From positions 1-53,073 of the forward strand of contig JAYUDV010000328.1 of the NCBI GenBank assembly GCA_043739565.1: 53,073 bases of DNA, in the 5' to 3' direction. The DNA is from Chloracidobacterium sp. Its GTDB lineage: Bacteria > Acidobacteriota > Blastocatellia > Pyrinomonadales > Pyrinomonadaceae. Both the position numbers and the translations under genes were made by a program. The notes under the pieces are model-generated. The model searched no databases. It was not told the origin of the DNA and saw only the letters and a program-made list of their open reading frames with translations. The stretch's first letter is position 1; every line of letters starts with the position of its first letter. Shown piece by piece: positions 44,800 to 53,073 of this stretch.

Positions 44800-46017
44800 A
44801 TGGAACCAGACAAGCTTAAGCAGCGCATTTACTCAATCGACTTCCTACGCGGGGTCGTGATGATGATCATGCTGCTCGACCACTTGCGAGATTTTATGCA
44901 CGCCGGTGCGTTGCAGTCCGACCCGACCGATCCGGCGACGACCACGGTGGCTGTCTTTTTCACGCGTTGGATCACGCACTATTGTGCCCCGACGTTCGTT
45001 TTTCTTTCAGGCGTCAGCATCTACCTGCAAAAACTTAGCGGAAAAAGCAACGGCGAGCTGGCACGCTTTCTTGTTACGCGTGGTTTCTGGCTGATATTTC
45101 TTGAATTCACGGTTATTAGGTTTAGCATTGTCTTTAACCTCGACTATTCGTTCCTGGCCATGGCTCAGGTCATCTGGGTGATCGGTGTTTCGATGATCGT
45201 GATGGCGGCGCTCATCTATCTGCCGATAAAGGTCGTCGGAGCGGCCGGGGTCGCGATGATCGTGCTGCACAATTTGCTTGACGGCTTTCGGGTGCCTCCT
45301 CAGATCGCATTTGGCGGAACACCTGCGCCTAGTATTTCGCAGGATCTTTGGATCATATTTCATCAACAGGGCGTAGTTCCGGTCACTGGTTTGTCAAGCA
45401 TATTTTTTGTATATCCATTGATACCCTGGATCGGCGTAATGGCTGCGGGTTATGCGTTTGGAACAATATATAGCTGGGAAAGGGAGCGGCGGACGAAACT
45501 ATTATTCAAGTTCGGCTTGCTCGCAACCGCCCTTTTTATTGGTATTCGGCTTATAAATAATTATGGCGATCCTGTATCGTGGCGGTATCAGGAGACCGGC
45601 GTGGCGACGTTTCTCTCGTTTCTGAACACGACGAAATATCCGCCTTCGCTCCTGTTCCTTTTGATGACGCTCGGGCCAGCAATTCTTATGCTGGCGCTAA
45701 CCGACCGGATTGACGGCAAAGCGATCTGGCAGCGGATCGGCAGCGGGTTTGGCCGCGTGCCGATGTTTTACTACATTCTGCAATGGTTTTTTGCACATGG
45801 CTCCGCCGTTCTTCTCAGCTACCTCGCCGGAAAGGATACCGGCTACCTTTTCGTGAACATTTTACAAATGGGCCAGGCCGCTCCGCCCGGATACGGTTTT
45901 CCGCTGTGGGTGGTGTACACGACCTGGATCGCCGGACTCTTGATTCTATATCCGCTCTGCTATTGGTATGGAAATCTAAAGCGCCGGAGCGGGCATTGGC
46001 TGTTTAGTTATCTCTAG
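44800..46017 (+). CDS. DUF1624 (heparan-alpha-glucosaminide N-acetyltransferase-like) membrane protein
   Basis: RIYSIDFLRGVVMMIMLLDH N-terminal signature, about 10 TM segments. Confidence 0.7.
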   Translation: MEPDKLKQRIYSIDFLRGVVMMIMLLDHLRDFMHAGALQSDPTDPATTTVAVFFTRWITHYCAPTFVFLSGVSIYLQKLSGKSNGELARFLVTRGFWLIFLEFTVIRFSIVFNLDYSFLAMAQVIWVIGVSMIVMAALIYLPIKVVGAAGVAMIVLHNLLDGFRVPPQIAFGGTPAPSISQDLWIIFHQQGVVPVTGLSSIFFVYPLIPWIGVMAAGYAFGTIYSWERERRTKLLFKFGLLATALFIGIRLINNYGDPVSWRYQETGVATFLSFLNTTKYPPSLLFLLMTLGPAILMLALTDRIDGKAIWQRIGSGFGRVPMFYYILQWFFAHGSAVLLSYLAGKDTGYLFVNILQMGQAAPPGYGFPLWVVYTTWIAGLLILYPLCYWYGNLKRRSGHWLFSYL

Positions 46018-46047
46018 CAAAGCCAATGATATTGAAAGACAAAAAAG

Positions 46048-46080
46048 GGCAAAAGTCTGGATTCGGACTTTTGCCTTTTC
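46048..46080. terminator. Bidirectional rho-independent terminator between convergent genes
   Basis: 10-bp stem GGCAAAAGTC / GACTTTTGCC, 8-nt loop, an A-run upstream and a T-run downstream. Confidence 0.6.
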
Positions 46081-46105
46081 ACTTTTTACTTTTGATTTTC
46101 TCTGC

Positions 46106-46846
46106 CTACTCCATCTCGCTCTCGTCTATATCAAAATTTGCATAGACCTTTTGAACGTCGTCGTTGTCGTCGAGGGCTTCGTAGAGTTTTAGCATTGAGT
46201 GGCCGTCACCGCCGGTGAGGGCGATGTAGGTTTGCGGGATCATTGAGATCTCGGCGGCTTGCGGCTCGATGCCGGCGGCTTTTAGAGCGTCGGTGACGGC
46301 TTCGAATGTGTCCGGTGTTGTAAAAACCTCGTAAACATCGCCTTCGTCCTGCATATCGTCGGCACCGGCTTCGATCACTATGTCGAACAGCGAGTCCTCG
46401 CCCATCGCGGATTTATCGACGACGATGTATCCTTTTTTATCAAACATCCACGCGACCGAACCGGCCTCGCCCATGTTGCCGCCGTTTTTTGAGAAAATGT
46501 GCCGTATCTCGGCGACCGTGCGGTTGCGGTTGTCGGTCATCGTCTCGACCAGCACGGCAACGCCGCCGATGCCGTAGCCTTCGTATGTGATCTCGTCGTA
46601 GGCAACGCCCTCGAGCTGGCCGGTACCGCGTTTGATGGCTCGGTCGATGGTGTCATTGGGCATGTTGAGACCTTTGGCGTCGGTGACGGCCTTGCGGAGA
46701 CGGGCGTTTGAATCAAGGTCGCCGGTGCCCCCGGTGCGTGCCGCGACGGTGATCTCTTTGATCAGCTTGGTAAAGATCTTGCCGCGTTTGGCGTCCAGCG
46801 CACCCTTTTTGTGCTTAATTGTGTGCCACTTGGAGTGTCCTGACAT
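46106..46846 (-). CDS. yebC: YebC/PmpR-family transcriptional regulator
   Basis: [37 protein letters not shown]. Confidence 0.95.
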   Translation of the reverse strand: MSGHSKWHTIKHKKGALDAKRGKIFTKLIKEITVAARTGGTGDLDSNARLRKAVTDAKGLNMPNDTIDRAIKRGTGQLEGVAYDEITYEGYGIGGVAVLVETMTDNRNRTVAEIRHIFSKNGGNMGEAGSVAWMFDKKGYIVVDKSAMGEDSLFDIVIEAGADDMQDEGDVYEVFTTPDTFEAVTDALKAAGIEPQAAEISMIPQTYIALTGGDGHSMLKLYEALDDNDDVQKVYANFDIDESEME

Positions 46847-46868
46847 TTGTTATTTTCCCGGGTTTGTC

Positions 46869-46932
46869 TCCGTAGCCCGACTGTAAAGAATGGCGTGATG
46901 TAAATGAACGCCGCACTGACGCTTGGGCTACT
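46869..46932. repeat. Imperfect hairpin repeat of the GTCAGTAGCCC family
   Basis: GTAGCCC...GGGCTAC outer pairing and TGGCG/CGCCG inner pairing. The reverse complement of the right arm, GTCAGTAGCCCAAGCGTCAGTGCGGCG, resembles the 28-nt unit found in gltX and hppD. Confidence 0.45.
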
Positions 46933-46963
46933 GACACTTATTTAGAATTGCAAATATATCACG

Positions 46964-47254
46964 CTAGGAATTGCCTTTCAAAATTGCCTCGATCGCCGAC
47001 GCCGACGCGCCGGAGATACGAATGCGTTTTGCTTTGGATGCGCTACCAGAAATGATCTCAACATCACTCTTTGCGACTCCAAATGATTTGGCCAGCAGCT
47101 TTACGAGTTCCGCATTTGCGGCTCCGTCGACCGGCGGCGAGCTAAGGCGCACTTTCAATGCTCCGTCATGCGGCCCGCCGATCTCGCTTTTTGACGAACG
47201 CGGCACAACCCTAACATCGAATAAAACCGCACCATCTTTTTCGACGAAATTCAT
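46964..47254 (-). CDS. yggU: DUF167 (YggU) family protein
   Basis: 96 aa. LFDVRVVPRSSKSEIGGPHDGALKVRLSSPPVDGAANAELVKLLAK. Confidence 0.8.
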   Translation of the reverse strand: MNFVEKDGAVLFDVRVVPRSSKSEIGGPHDGALKVRLSSPPVDGAANAELVKLLAKSFGVAKSDVEIISGSASKAKRIRISGASASAIEAILKGNS

Positions 47255-47333
47255 TTTAAGGCGACTGGCGTAATGCCGATCTTACATCAATTGAGATATT
47301 ATAGCTGACAAAACTAAACCGAGGACATAACCA

Positions 47334-50300
47334 ATGAATCTGATTCCCGTTCGCCGCTACGCCATCCTCTTCACCGTGATCGCGTCAATCATCGTATTAT
47401 CTATCTACTTTTTTGTATCGAGATCGACGCAGGCTGGTAAAGTGCTGCCGCCGGAATCCAGCGCGGACGGCTATCGAACGACGCCGGCGGGTAAATTAGT
47501 CGCCGATGCGTCAACGGGGCTTACCGCGGTTGCACCGCTTACGATGAATTTCGTCCGTTCGCCCGATGCGGACGGCCCAGGCGGCAAAGGACGCTATCTT
47601 ATTGCGGTGAATAGCGGTTACGGACTTGAGTTTAATTCAAAAAGTAAGCCGCAGCAGTCGCTCTCGATCATCGATCTTGCCGCCGCCGAGCCTAAAGTCG
47701 TCCAGAACGTCTATTTTCCGGCACCGCAGAGCGCAAATTTCGGATTGGTTTTCGATCCAAAATTACAATCCGACGGTAAGTATCGGATGTATGTCTCCGG
47801 CGGTTTTGAGAACAAGATCTGGATACTCGGCTTTGACGCAAAGGCCGCGCAGCCGGTCGCTCCGCAAACCAAGCCGGACGAGGTGGTTAAGGCTCCATTT
47901 ATTGACGTTACGGCTTTTGCCGAAAACGCGCCTTCCACAAACTACAACGACAATACTGCGGCCATTTACCCGACCGGCATCGCTCTGAGCCCGGATGGCG
48001 AGACGATCTATTCGGCAAATAACTTGGGCGATACGTTGGGCGTCGTATCCGATCTGCGCGATTCGCGAAAGATCGAGCGTATCTCGCTGCGGCGGCCCGG
48101 CTCGGCCCAATTTGTTTATCCGTACGACGTAAAAGCCGTAACAAACGGCAAACGCGTCGTGAAACTCTACGTCTCGCTTTGGGGTGACGGCACGGTTGCC
48201 GTTGTAAATCCGAATCTGCGTAATCGCGTAACGCATATTACGGTCAACCGTCATCCGACGGCAATGCTGCTAAATAGATTGCAGACACGCCTGTTTGTCG
48301 TTAATTCAAATGCGGATACGGTTTCTGTCATCGACACGGGTACGGACCGCGTCATCGAAACGATCAATGTCCGCCTCGCCGAATCGGAAAAAATTGGGTC
48401 GAGCCCCGAGGGAGTTGCCCTCAGCGACGACGAAAGGACGCTATTCGTTGCAAATGCTCACGCAAATGCCGTCGCTCTCGTGAGTCTTGTGCCAAATCCG
48501 ACAACGAAAGATCGTTCAAAGTTGCTCGGATTTATCCCGACTGGCAGATACGCTTCGGCGGTTGCAGTCGTTGGAAATCACCTCTTTATCGCCAACGGCA
48601 AAGGTACCGGCATGGAAAACTCGTCCGTGAAAGTCAACGATTCCGGCCTTTATCCGAATATGCCGAATAAGGATTTTCCAGTGGAAAGCTATAACAAACG
48701 CGGCCTTTACAGCGTTGCCGCCGTGTCGGGAAATATCAGCCTGGTCGATGTGCCGGATGAAAAGCGGCTTTTCGCGTATACGCAGACTGTAATGCGTAAT
48801 GACGGCCTATTGGGGCGTGAAAAACGCAGTATTTTTCCGGGAGGCAAATCGCCATTCAAACACGTCATTTATGTCATCCGCGAAAACCGCACATACGATC
48901 AGGTTTTTGGCGATCTGACGGCTAGCGGCGACGGCAATAGGGCGGACGGCGATGGCTCAGTGGCGATATTCGGCGGGGGCCAAGGGGCAGAGTCACCGGG
49001 CGGTGAGACTCAAAATATCACCCCAAACGCGCATGCGCTCGCCCAGCGTTTCGGTCTGCTCGACCGCTTTTTCGTTAACGCCGAGGCCTCTCCCGATGGG
49101 CATAATTGGTCAACTGCAGCGTTTTCAAACGACTATGTTGACAAGGCATTTCGATGGAATTATTCGCGCCGCGGTCGAACCTACGATTTCGAAGGTTTTA
49201 ACCGGCTGCCGTCATACGAACCGCCGGGCGGCCAACCTCCGGTCGCTCTTCCGCCGGTTGTGGATTTGCCGGCGACGGGTAACGACGTCGCCAATTTTCA
49301 GAAGAAATATGTGCCTTATCTCAATGGCGCACGCGACATCAGTGAACCCGAAACGCTGTATTTGTGGGATGCCGCAAAACGCGCGGGTTTGAGCTATCGC
49401 AATTACGGTGAATATGTGGCTACGATCTCGGCCGGCGATCTCAACGCTCTTAACACGCGTAAGCCAAAAAAATACCCAGACGTTTCGCCGACGGTTACCG
49501 CTTTCGCTCTGAAAAAGACACTCGAGGGCAATTTTTCGGTCGCGCATCGCAATTTTGATATGAACACCCCAGACATCATGTCGACTGACTCGTATCGGGC
49601 AGCACGCGGTCTCTCGGCCTCGCTCGATCCGGCAATCACTGACGAAAATACGAATGCGGCATTTCGCGGCACGTCTCGCTTCGGTGCGTGGTCGGCGGAG
49701 TTTCATGCTTTTGTCGCCGATATGCAGGCCGGAAAGGGCGATCATCTGCCCGCCCTGTCGATCGTCCGGCTTTCGAGCGACCACACGGCTGGACTCCGAC
49801 GCGGTACGCCAACACCCCAATTTTACGTTGCCGACAACGACTACGCACTCGGTCGACTAGTCGAAGAGGTTTCAAAAAGCCCGTATTGGAACGACACCGC
49901 CATCTTCGTTGTCGAGGACGATGCGCAGGACGGGCCCGACCATGTCGATGCTCACCGGTCACCGGCTCTGGTGATTTCGGCGTACAATCGTCCGGGCTCG
50001 CTTATCCACGAATTTCACAGCACGGTCAGCCTGATCCGCACGCTTGAGCTATGCTTGGGTCTAGAGCCGATGAATTTCCTTGACGCCAACGCAACGCCGA
50101 TTGATGTATTCACCGGAAAAGCTGACCTGCGTCCTTTTGCAGCTCAACTGCCGTCGGTCGCGCTCGATAATCTCTTTCCACCCGAAAAACCGTCGCCTAA
50201 AATGGCGTACTTTATGAATATGACCGAGCGTCAAGACCTCAGCCATCCCGACATGGCCAATCCACGCGAGCTGAACGAGATTATATGGTTTTCGGTCAAA

Positions 50301-50405
50301 GGTCAGGCGGAAATGCCTGGAATCGCGCGCCTACCGGCATTCGAACTGATGACAACGGGAATCAAAACTGAAAATGTTGAAGACAAGGCGGATGAGGACG
50401 AATAA
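47334..50405 (+). CDS. Membrane-anchored fusion of a YVTN-type beta-propeller and a phosphoesterase (PLC/AcpA family) domain
   Basis: N-terminal TM helix. Repeats such as GIALSPDGETIYSANNLGDTLGVV, LFVVNSNADTVSVIDTGT and GVALSDDERTLFVANAHANAVALV. Phosphoesterase motifs HVIYVIRENRTYDQVFG and FVVEDDAQDGPDHVDAHRSP. Confidence 0.8.
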   Translation: MNLIPVRRYAILFTVIASIIVLSIYFFVSRSTQAGKVLPPESSADGYRTTPAGKLVADASTGLTAVAPLTMNFVRSPDADGPGGKGRYLIAVNSGYGLEFNSKSKPQQSLSIIDLAAAEPKVVQNVYFPAPQSANFGLVFDPKLQSDGKYRMYVSGGFENKIWILGFDAKAAQPVAPQTKPDEVVKAPFIDVTAFAENAPSTNYNDNTAAIYPTGIALSPDGETIYSANNLGDTLGVVSDLRDSRKIERISLRRPGSAQFVYPYDVKAVTNGKRVVKLYVSLWGDGTVAVVNPNLRNRVTHITVNRHPTAMLLNRLQTRLFVVNSNADTVSVIDTGTDRVIETINVRLAESEKIGSSPEGVALSDDERTLFVANAHANAVALVSLVPNPTTKDRSKLLGFIPTGRYASAVAVVGNHLFIANGKGTGMENSSVKVNDSGLYPNMPNKDFPVESYNKRGLYSVAAVSGNISLVDVPDEKRLFAYTQTVMRNDGLLGREKRSIFPGGKSPFKHVIYVIRENRTYDQVFGDLTASGDGNRADGDGSVAIFGGGQGAESPGGETQNITPNAHALAQRFGLLDRFFVNAEASPDGHNWSTAAFSNDYVDKAFRWNYSRRGRTYDFEGFNRLPSYEPPGGQPPVALPPVVDLPATGNDVANFQKKYVPYLNGARDISEPETLYLWDAAKRAGLSYRNYGEYVATISAGDLNALNTRKPKKYPDVSPTVTAFALKKTLEGNFSVAHRNFDMNTPDIMSTDSYRAARGLSASLDPAITDENTNAAFRGTSRFGAWSAEFHAFVADMQAGKGDHLPALSIVRLSSDHTAGLRRGTPTPQFYVADNDYALGRLVEEVSKSPYWNDTAIFVVEDDAQDGPDHVDAHRSPALVISAYNRPGSLIHEFHSTVSLIRTLELCLGLEPMNFLDANATPIDVFTGKADLRPFAAQLPSVALDNLFPPEKPSPKMAYFMNMTERQDLSHPDMANPRELNEIIWFSVKGQAEMPGIARLPAFELMTTGIKTENVEDKADEDE

Positions 50406-50411
50406 GTGAAC

Positions 50412-51005
50412 CTATTGGCCGACGAATATTCGCAGGACTAACGACTGAATAAAACCGATCAGCAGCAGCACGATCATTGCCGAAATATCGAACATTCCGA
50501 TCGGTGGAATTAGCCGTTGAACAGGGATCAATATCGGATCAGTCACCCGTTTAACAAAGCCGAGAAACGTCTTTCGCGTAAATACAAACCAAGACGAGAT
50601 AAATCGAATAAAGATAAAAAGCACGAGAATGCTCAACAGCCCGTAGAGAATAAAACCTATAAAGACTTTTGGGTTTCCCGTTGCAACACCGGCCGTCAGG
50701 CCGTCGATCACAAAAAAGGTATTGCCCACGATCTGCATGGCAAAATACGTCAATACAAGCCCGATCAAGATCGTCAGCAGCGGCGCAAGCCGCGTATCGA
50801 TGCGATACATCGCAAAAAATCTTGACGCTGGATAAACCCATTTTTCGGTTGCCCTTCGCACCTTAAACCCGAATCTGCCAACCTTGCCAAATGGATTTGG
50901 GTCCGCGTAGTTAAAGATCAGCCGCAGCATTAAAACGCCAAAAAATAAGCCAAAGAGGCTCCAGACAATTAGGCTGATGATTGGGTAAATAAGAGCAGTT
51001 AACAT
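50412..51005 (-). CDS. yggT: YggT-family membrane protein (two YGGT repeats)
   Basis: Two repeats with conserved proline-containing segments (ATEKWVYPASRFF... and VTDPILIPVQRLIPPIGMFDISAMIVLLLIGFI). Confidence 0.75.
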   Translation of the reverse strand: MLTALIYPIISLIVWSLFGLFFGVLMLRLIFNYADPNPFGKVGRFGFKVRRATEKWVYPASRFFAMYRIDTRLAPLLTILIGLVLTYFAMQIVGNTFFVIDGLTAGVATGNPKVFIGFILYGLLSILVLFIFIRFISSWFVFTRKTFLGFVKRVTDPILIPVQRLIPPIGMFDISAMIVLLLIGFIQSLVLRIFVGQ

Positions 51006-51044
51006 TTGATTATAGTATGCTGTGACGCTTTGCGGTATCGATCT

Positions 51045-51452
51045 TTATCTTAATTGTACCAATCCCGCCTCGGTATCACGGAAACCACAATTTGAGTAAA
51101 AACTACTAAGATGCGGCTCGAAATCGACATGAACCCACTTGACGTTACGCCCTTGAGCCTCTGAAACGGCCCTTTTGACCAGCTCCGTACCGATCCCGCA
51201 CCTGCGAAACTCCGGGTCCACTCTCGTATCCAAAAGGAACGCGTGTTCTCCGCCATCCCACGCGAGATTGACGAAACCGATGAGTCGCTCGTCGTGGTGG
51301 GCAGAGACATAAAGTAGGCTGCGTTCCAACACTTGGCCAAATTGCTCGTCTTCATGGTCGGGCCAGCATGCCCTCGCCAACCAATTAAGCGTGTCGTCCG
51401 ATAAATTGGCCGAAACTTGGTATGAGATTTCCGACGCGGCGAAATTTTTCAT
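51045..51452 (-). CDS. GNAT-family N-acetyltransferase
   Basis: Acetyl-CoA binding motif RRCGIGTELVKRAV. Confidence 0.8.
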   Translation of the reverse strand: MKNFAASEISYQVSANLSDDTLNWLARACWPDHEDEQFGQVLERSLLYVSAHHDERLIGFVNLAWDGGEHAFLLDTRVDPEFRRCGIGTELVKRAVSEAQGRNVKWVHVDFEPHLSSFYSNCGFRDTEAGLVQLR

Positions 51453-51470
51453 TAAATCAGATGCATAAAG

Positions 51471-52181
51471 CTAAATATTGATGTCAGCGCGTTCGCCGAA
51501 TATTGCCGTTCCCACACGAACAACCGTCGCGCCTTCCTCGATCGCGACCTCAAAATCATGGCTCATTCCCATTGAAAGCTCGCCGCGTCCGTCAGAAAAA
51601 GCTCCCTTTGATGCCAGCTCGTCGCGGATCGCCCTGAGCCGTTTGAAGTATGGCCGAGTCGCCTCCGGGTCGTCGAAAAACGGCGGCAATATCATCAATC
51701 CACGAAATTTCAAACACCTGCAACATTTCAAAAAGCCGGTCAGATCGGCTAGTTCGCTTTCGGCAATGCCAGATTTTGTCTCCTCGCCCGCAAGATCAAC
51801 GTGGACGAAAACCGTCAGTTCGGAACGCCTCTCCTCAATACAAATACGCTCAAGCCGCATGGCAAGTTCAAGCGAATCCACTGAATGTATTACGTCAAAA
51901 AACTGAACGGCCTTTCTCGCTTTGTTAGATTGCAAATGCCCAATCAGGTGCCATTCCGCAGCGGCCCGACCAATCTCAGTTATCTTGTCTTCGGCTTCCT
52001 GAACCTTGTTTTCACCCAGAGTATTCGCTCCAGCAGCGATCGCTGCACGCAAAACCGAAGCGGGATGCGTTTTGGTGACGGCGACCAGTTTGACCTCGTC
52101 CGCAGTGCGGCCCGACCTGAACGCGGCTTGCTCGATCCGCTGGTTAATTTCTTTTAGATTTTCGGCGAGATCGCTTTGCAC
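51471..52181 (-). CDS. yggS: YggS-family pyridoxal-phosphate homeostasis protein
   Basis: [11 protein letters not shown] (PLP lysine), [37 protein letters not shown]. Confidence 0.9.
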   Translation of the reverse strand: MQSDLAENLKEINQRIEQAAFRSGRTADEVKLVAVTKTHPASVLRAAIAAGANTLGENKVQEAEDKITEIGRAAAEWHLIGHLQSNKARKAVQFFDVIHSVDSLELAMRLERICIEERRSELTVFVHVDLAGEETKSGIAESELADLTGFLKCCRCLKFRGLMILPPFFDDPEATRPYFKRLRAIRDELASKGAFSDGRGELSMGMSHDFEVAIEEGATVVRVGTAIFGERADINI

Positions 52182-52204
52182 CTTTTCAATATAGCAAACT
52201 TCGG

Positions 52205-52298
52205 GTCAGAACCGTCTGCGTAAGCGGGCGGATTGGCGTTGCCATAGAGCGTCTCAGTCCGACGTTACGTGCCGCCCGCTTACGCAGGCGGTTCTGAC
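52205..52298. repeat. Long hairpin repeat (27-bp arms, one mismatch, 40-nt loop)
   Basis: GTCAGAACCGTCTGCGTAAGCGGGCGG (52205-52231) pairs with CCGCCCGCTTACGCAGGCGGTTCTGAC (52272-52298). The arm pattern GTCAG.A.CC....CGTAAG..GGG is related to the 28-nt coding insert. Confidence 0.75.
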
Positions 52299-52358
52299 AT
52301 GTTTTGCCACCCTTCTTGAATTTCACGCGCCGAATTCGTATTATCATTGTTCACTTAC

Positions 52359-52445
52359 GCGGACGTGGCGGAACTGGTAGACGCGCAGGTCTCAGAAGCC
52401 TGTGATGGTGACATCGTGGAAGTTCGATTCTTCTCGTCCGCACCA
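52359..52445 (+). tRNA. tRNA-Leu (anticodon CAG), CCA encoded
   Basis: Acceptor GCGGACG/CGTCCGC, anticodon stem CAGGT/GCCTG with loop CTCAGAA, long variable arm, TTCGATT T-loop, 3' ACCA. Confidence 0.9.
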
Positions 52446-52520
52446 AATTTCTAATTGCAGAAGCCCACGCTTTAGCAAGGGCGTAATGCTCAACGCCGTA
52501 AAAAGGGATTCACCCTAGAG

Positions 52521-52545
52521 TTCGAGATACGCCCTTACTGACGTG
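52521..52545 (-). repeat. Third copy (minus orientation) of the GTCAGTAAGGG/AGCC.GCACGT repeat unit
   Basis: The reverse complement GAAGCCAGCACGTCAGTAAGGG matches TAGCCCGCACGTAAGTAAGGG from gltX/hppD at about 19 of 21 positions. It also pairs with AAGGGCGTA at about 52486. Confidence 0.5.
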
Positions 52546-52565
52546 CTGGCTTCCGCATCCTATCC

Positions 52566-53073
52566 GTGATTAACGAATTTACCAAAGCCATCAAGACTCA
52601 TCAAACGGCTTTCAGCCTCGAACTTCCCGACGATGCGGTCGAGCGTCTAGCCGATTATTACGAACTTGTTCAAGAACATAACGAGTTTCTACACCTTGTC
52701 GGACCATGCTCGCCGGAGGAATTTGCAGTCCGCCACATCCTCGAATCACTGACGCTGCTCGAGCATTTGCCGAATAATGCCAAATTCGCCGATGTCGGCG
52801 CCGGTGCCGGTCTGCCGTCGATCCCGTGTCTTTTGGTTCGCGAAGACCTAAGAGCGATGCTGATCGAATCGAAGGAAAAGAAATCAAAGTTTCTTGAGAT
52901 CGCCGTCGAAAAACTCGGCATTGCGGATCGGGCGAGTGTCGTGAATAAACAGTTTCAAGAGGTCGATCCGTCAAACTGTCAATTCGTCACTTGCCGGGCG
53001 CTCGACAAATTTACAGAAAAGCTGCCGCGGCTTTTGAGATGGTCGGGAAAAAGAAAACTGTTATTATTTGGAG
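52566..53073 (+). CDS. rsmG: 16S rRNA (guanine527-N7)-methyltransferase RsmG (GidB); 3' end beyond the right window edge
   Basis: Not in the ORF track (no stop in window). Hand translation from GTG 52566: INEFTKAIKTHQTAFSLELPDDAVERLADYYELVQEHNEFLHLVGPCSPEEFAVRHILESL...FADVGAGAGLPSIPCLL. Confidence 0.85.
   Translation, partial: MINEFTKAIKTHQTAFSLELPDDAVERLADYYELVQEHNEFLHLVGPCSPEEFAVRHILESLTLLEHLPNNAKFADVGAGAGLPSIPCLLVREDLRAMLIESKEKKSKFLEIAVEKLGIADRASVVNKQFQEVDPSNCQFVTCRALDKFTEKLPRLLRWSGKRKLLLFG

Overview
53-kb chromosomal segment of roughly 50% GC by eye. The gene content (CarboxypepD_reg-type outer-membrane protein, M61 peptidase, TPR/CHAT and FG-GAP proteins, many hairpin repeats) is reminiscent of Acidobacteriota, but that is only a guess. 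I can support about 55 protein-coding genes and two tRNAs (Ser-GCU, Leu-CAG). I saw no rRNA, no CRISPR array and no recognisable transposase or integrase. Housekeeping anchors are murA, gltX, yebC, yggS/yggT/yggU and a partial rsmG.

Four blocks stand out:
- (i) 1-6585, minus strand: a tightly packed operon of radical-SAM/SPASM enzyme, ABC-2 exporter (ATPase and permease), tandem-fused double GT28 glycosyltransferase, NodB deacetylase and HAD phosphatase. A possible 22-aa ORF is translationally coupled to the radical-SAM gene.
- (ii) 9330-17270: ECF sigma factor, small soluble protein and cytoplasmic TPR-CHAT protease, followed by a secreted subtilase and a CHRD/FG-GAP protein.
- (iii) 27780-33900: an accessory-looking stretch downstream of tRNA-Ser.
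- (iv) 35543-41395: the Phe/Tyr catabolic genes phhA-hppD-hmgA, interrupted by an ORF6N gene and two toxin-antitoxin (TA) cassettes.

The most striking observation is a repeated architecture. Three unrelated TA cassettes (PIN, BrnT-like, HigB/HigA-like) each sit immediately after an intact host gene. Each is followed by a diverged orphan copy of that gene's own 3' end. For two of the three pairs the differences between copies are mostly synonymous. This points to a recurrent, integrase-less route of TA cassette acquisition at gene 3' ends.

Other oddities:
- a 28-nt repeat inserted in frame in both gltX and hppD;
- a heptanucleotide tandem repeat inside hmgA;
- a 56-nt perfectly nested cloverleaf of palindromes upstream of the ORF6N gene;
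- an in-frame TAG in a RibD_C-family gene;
- several families of intergenic hairpin repeats.
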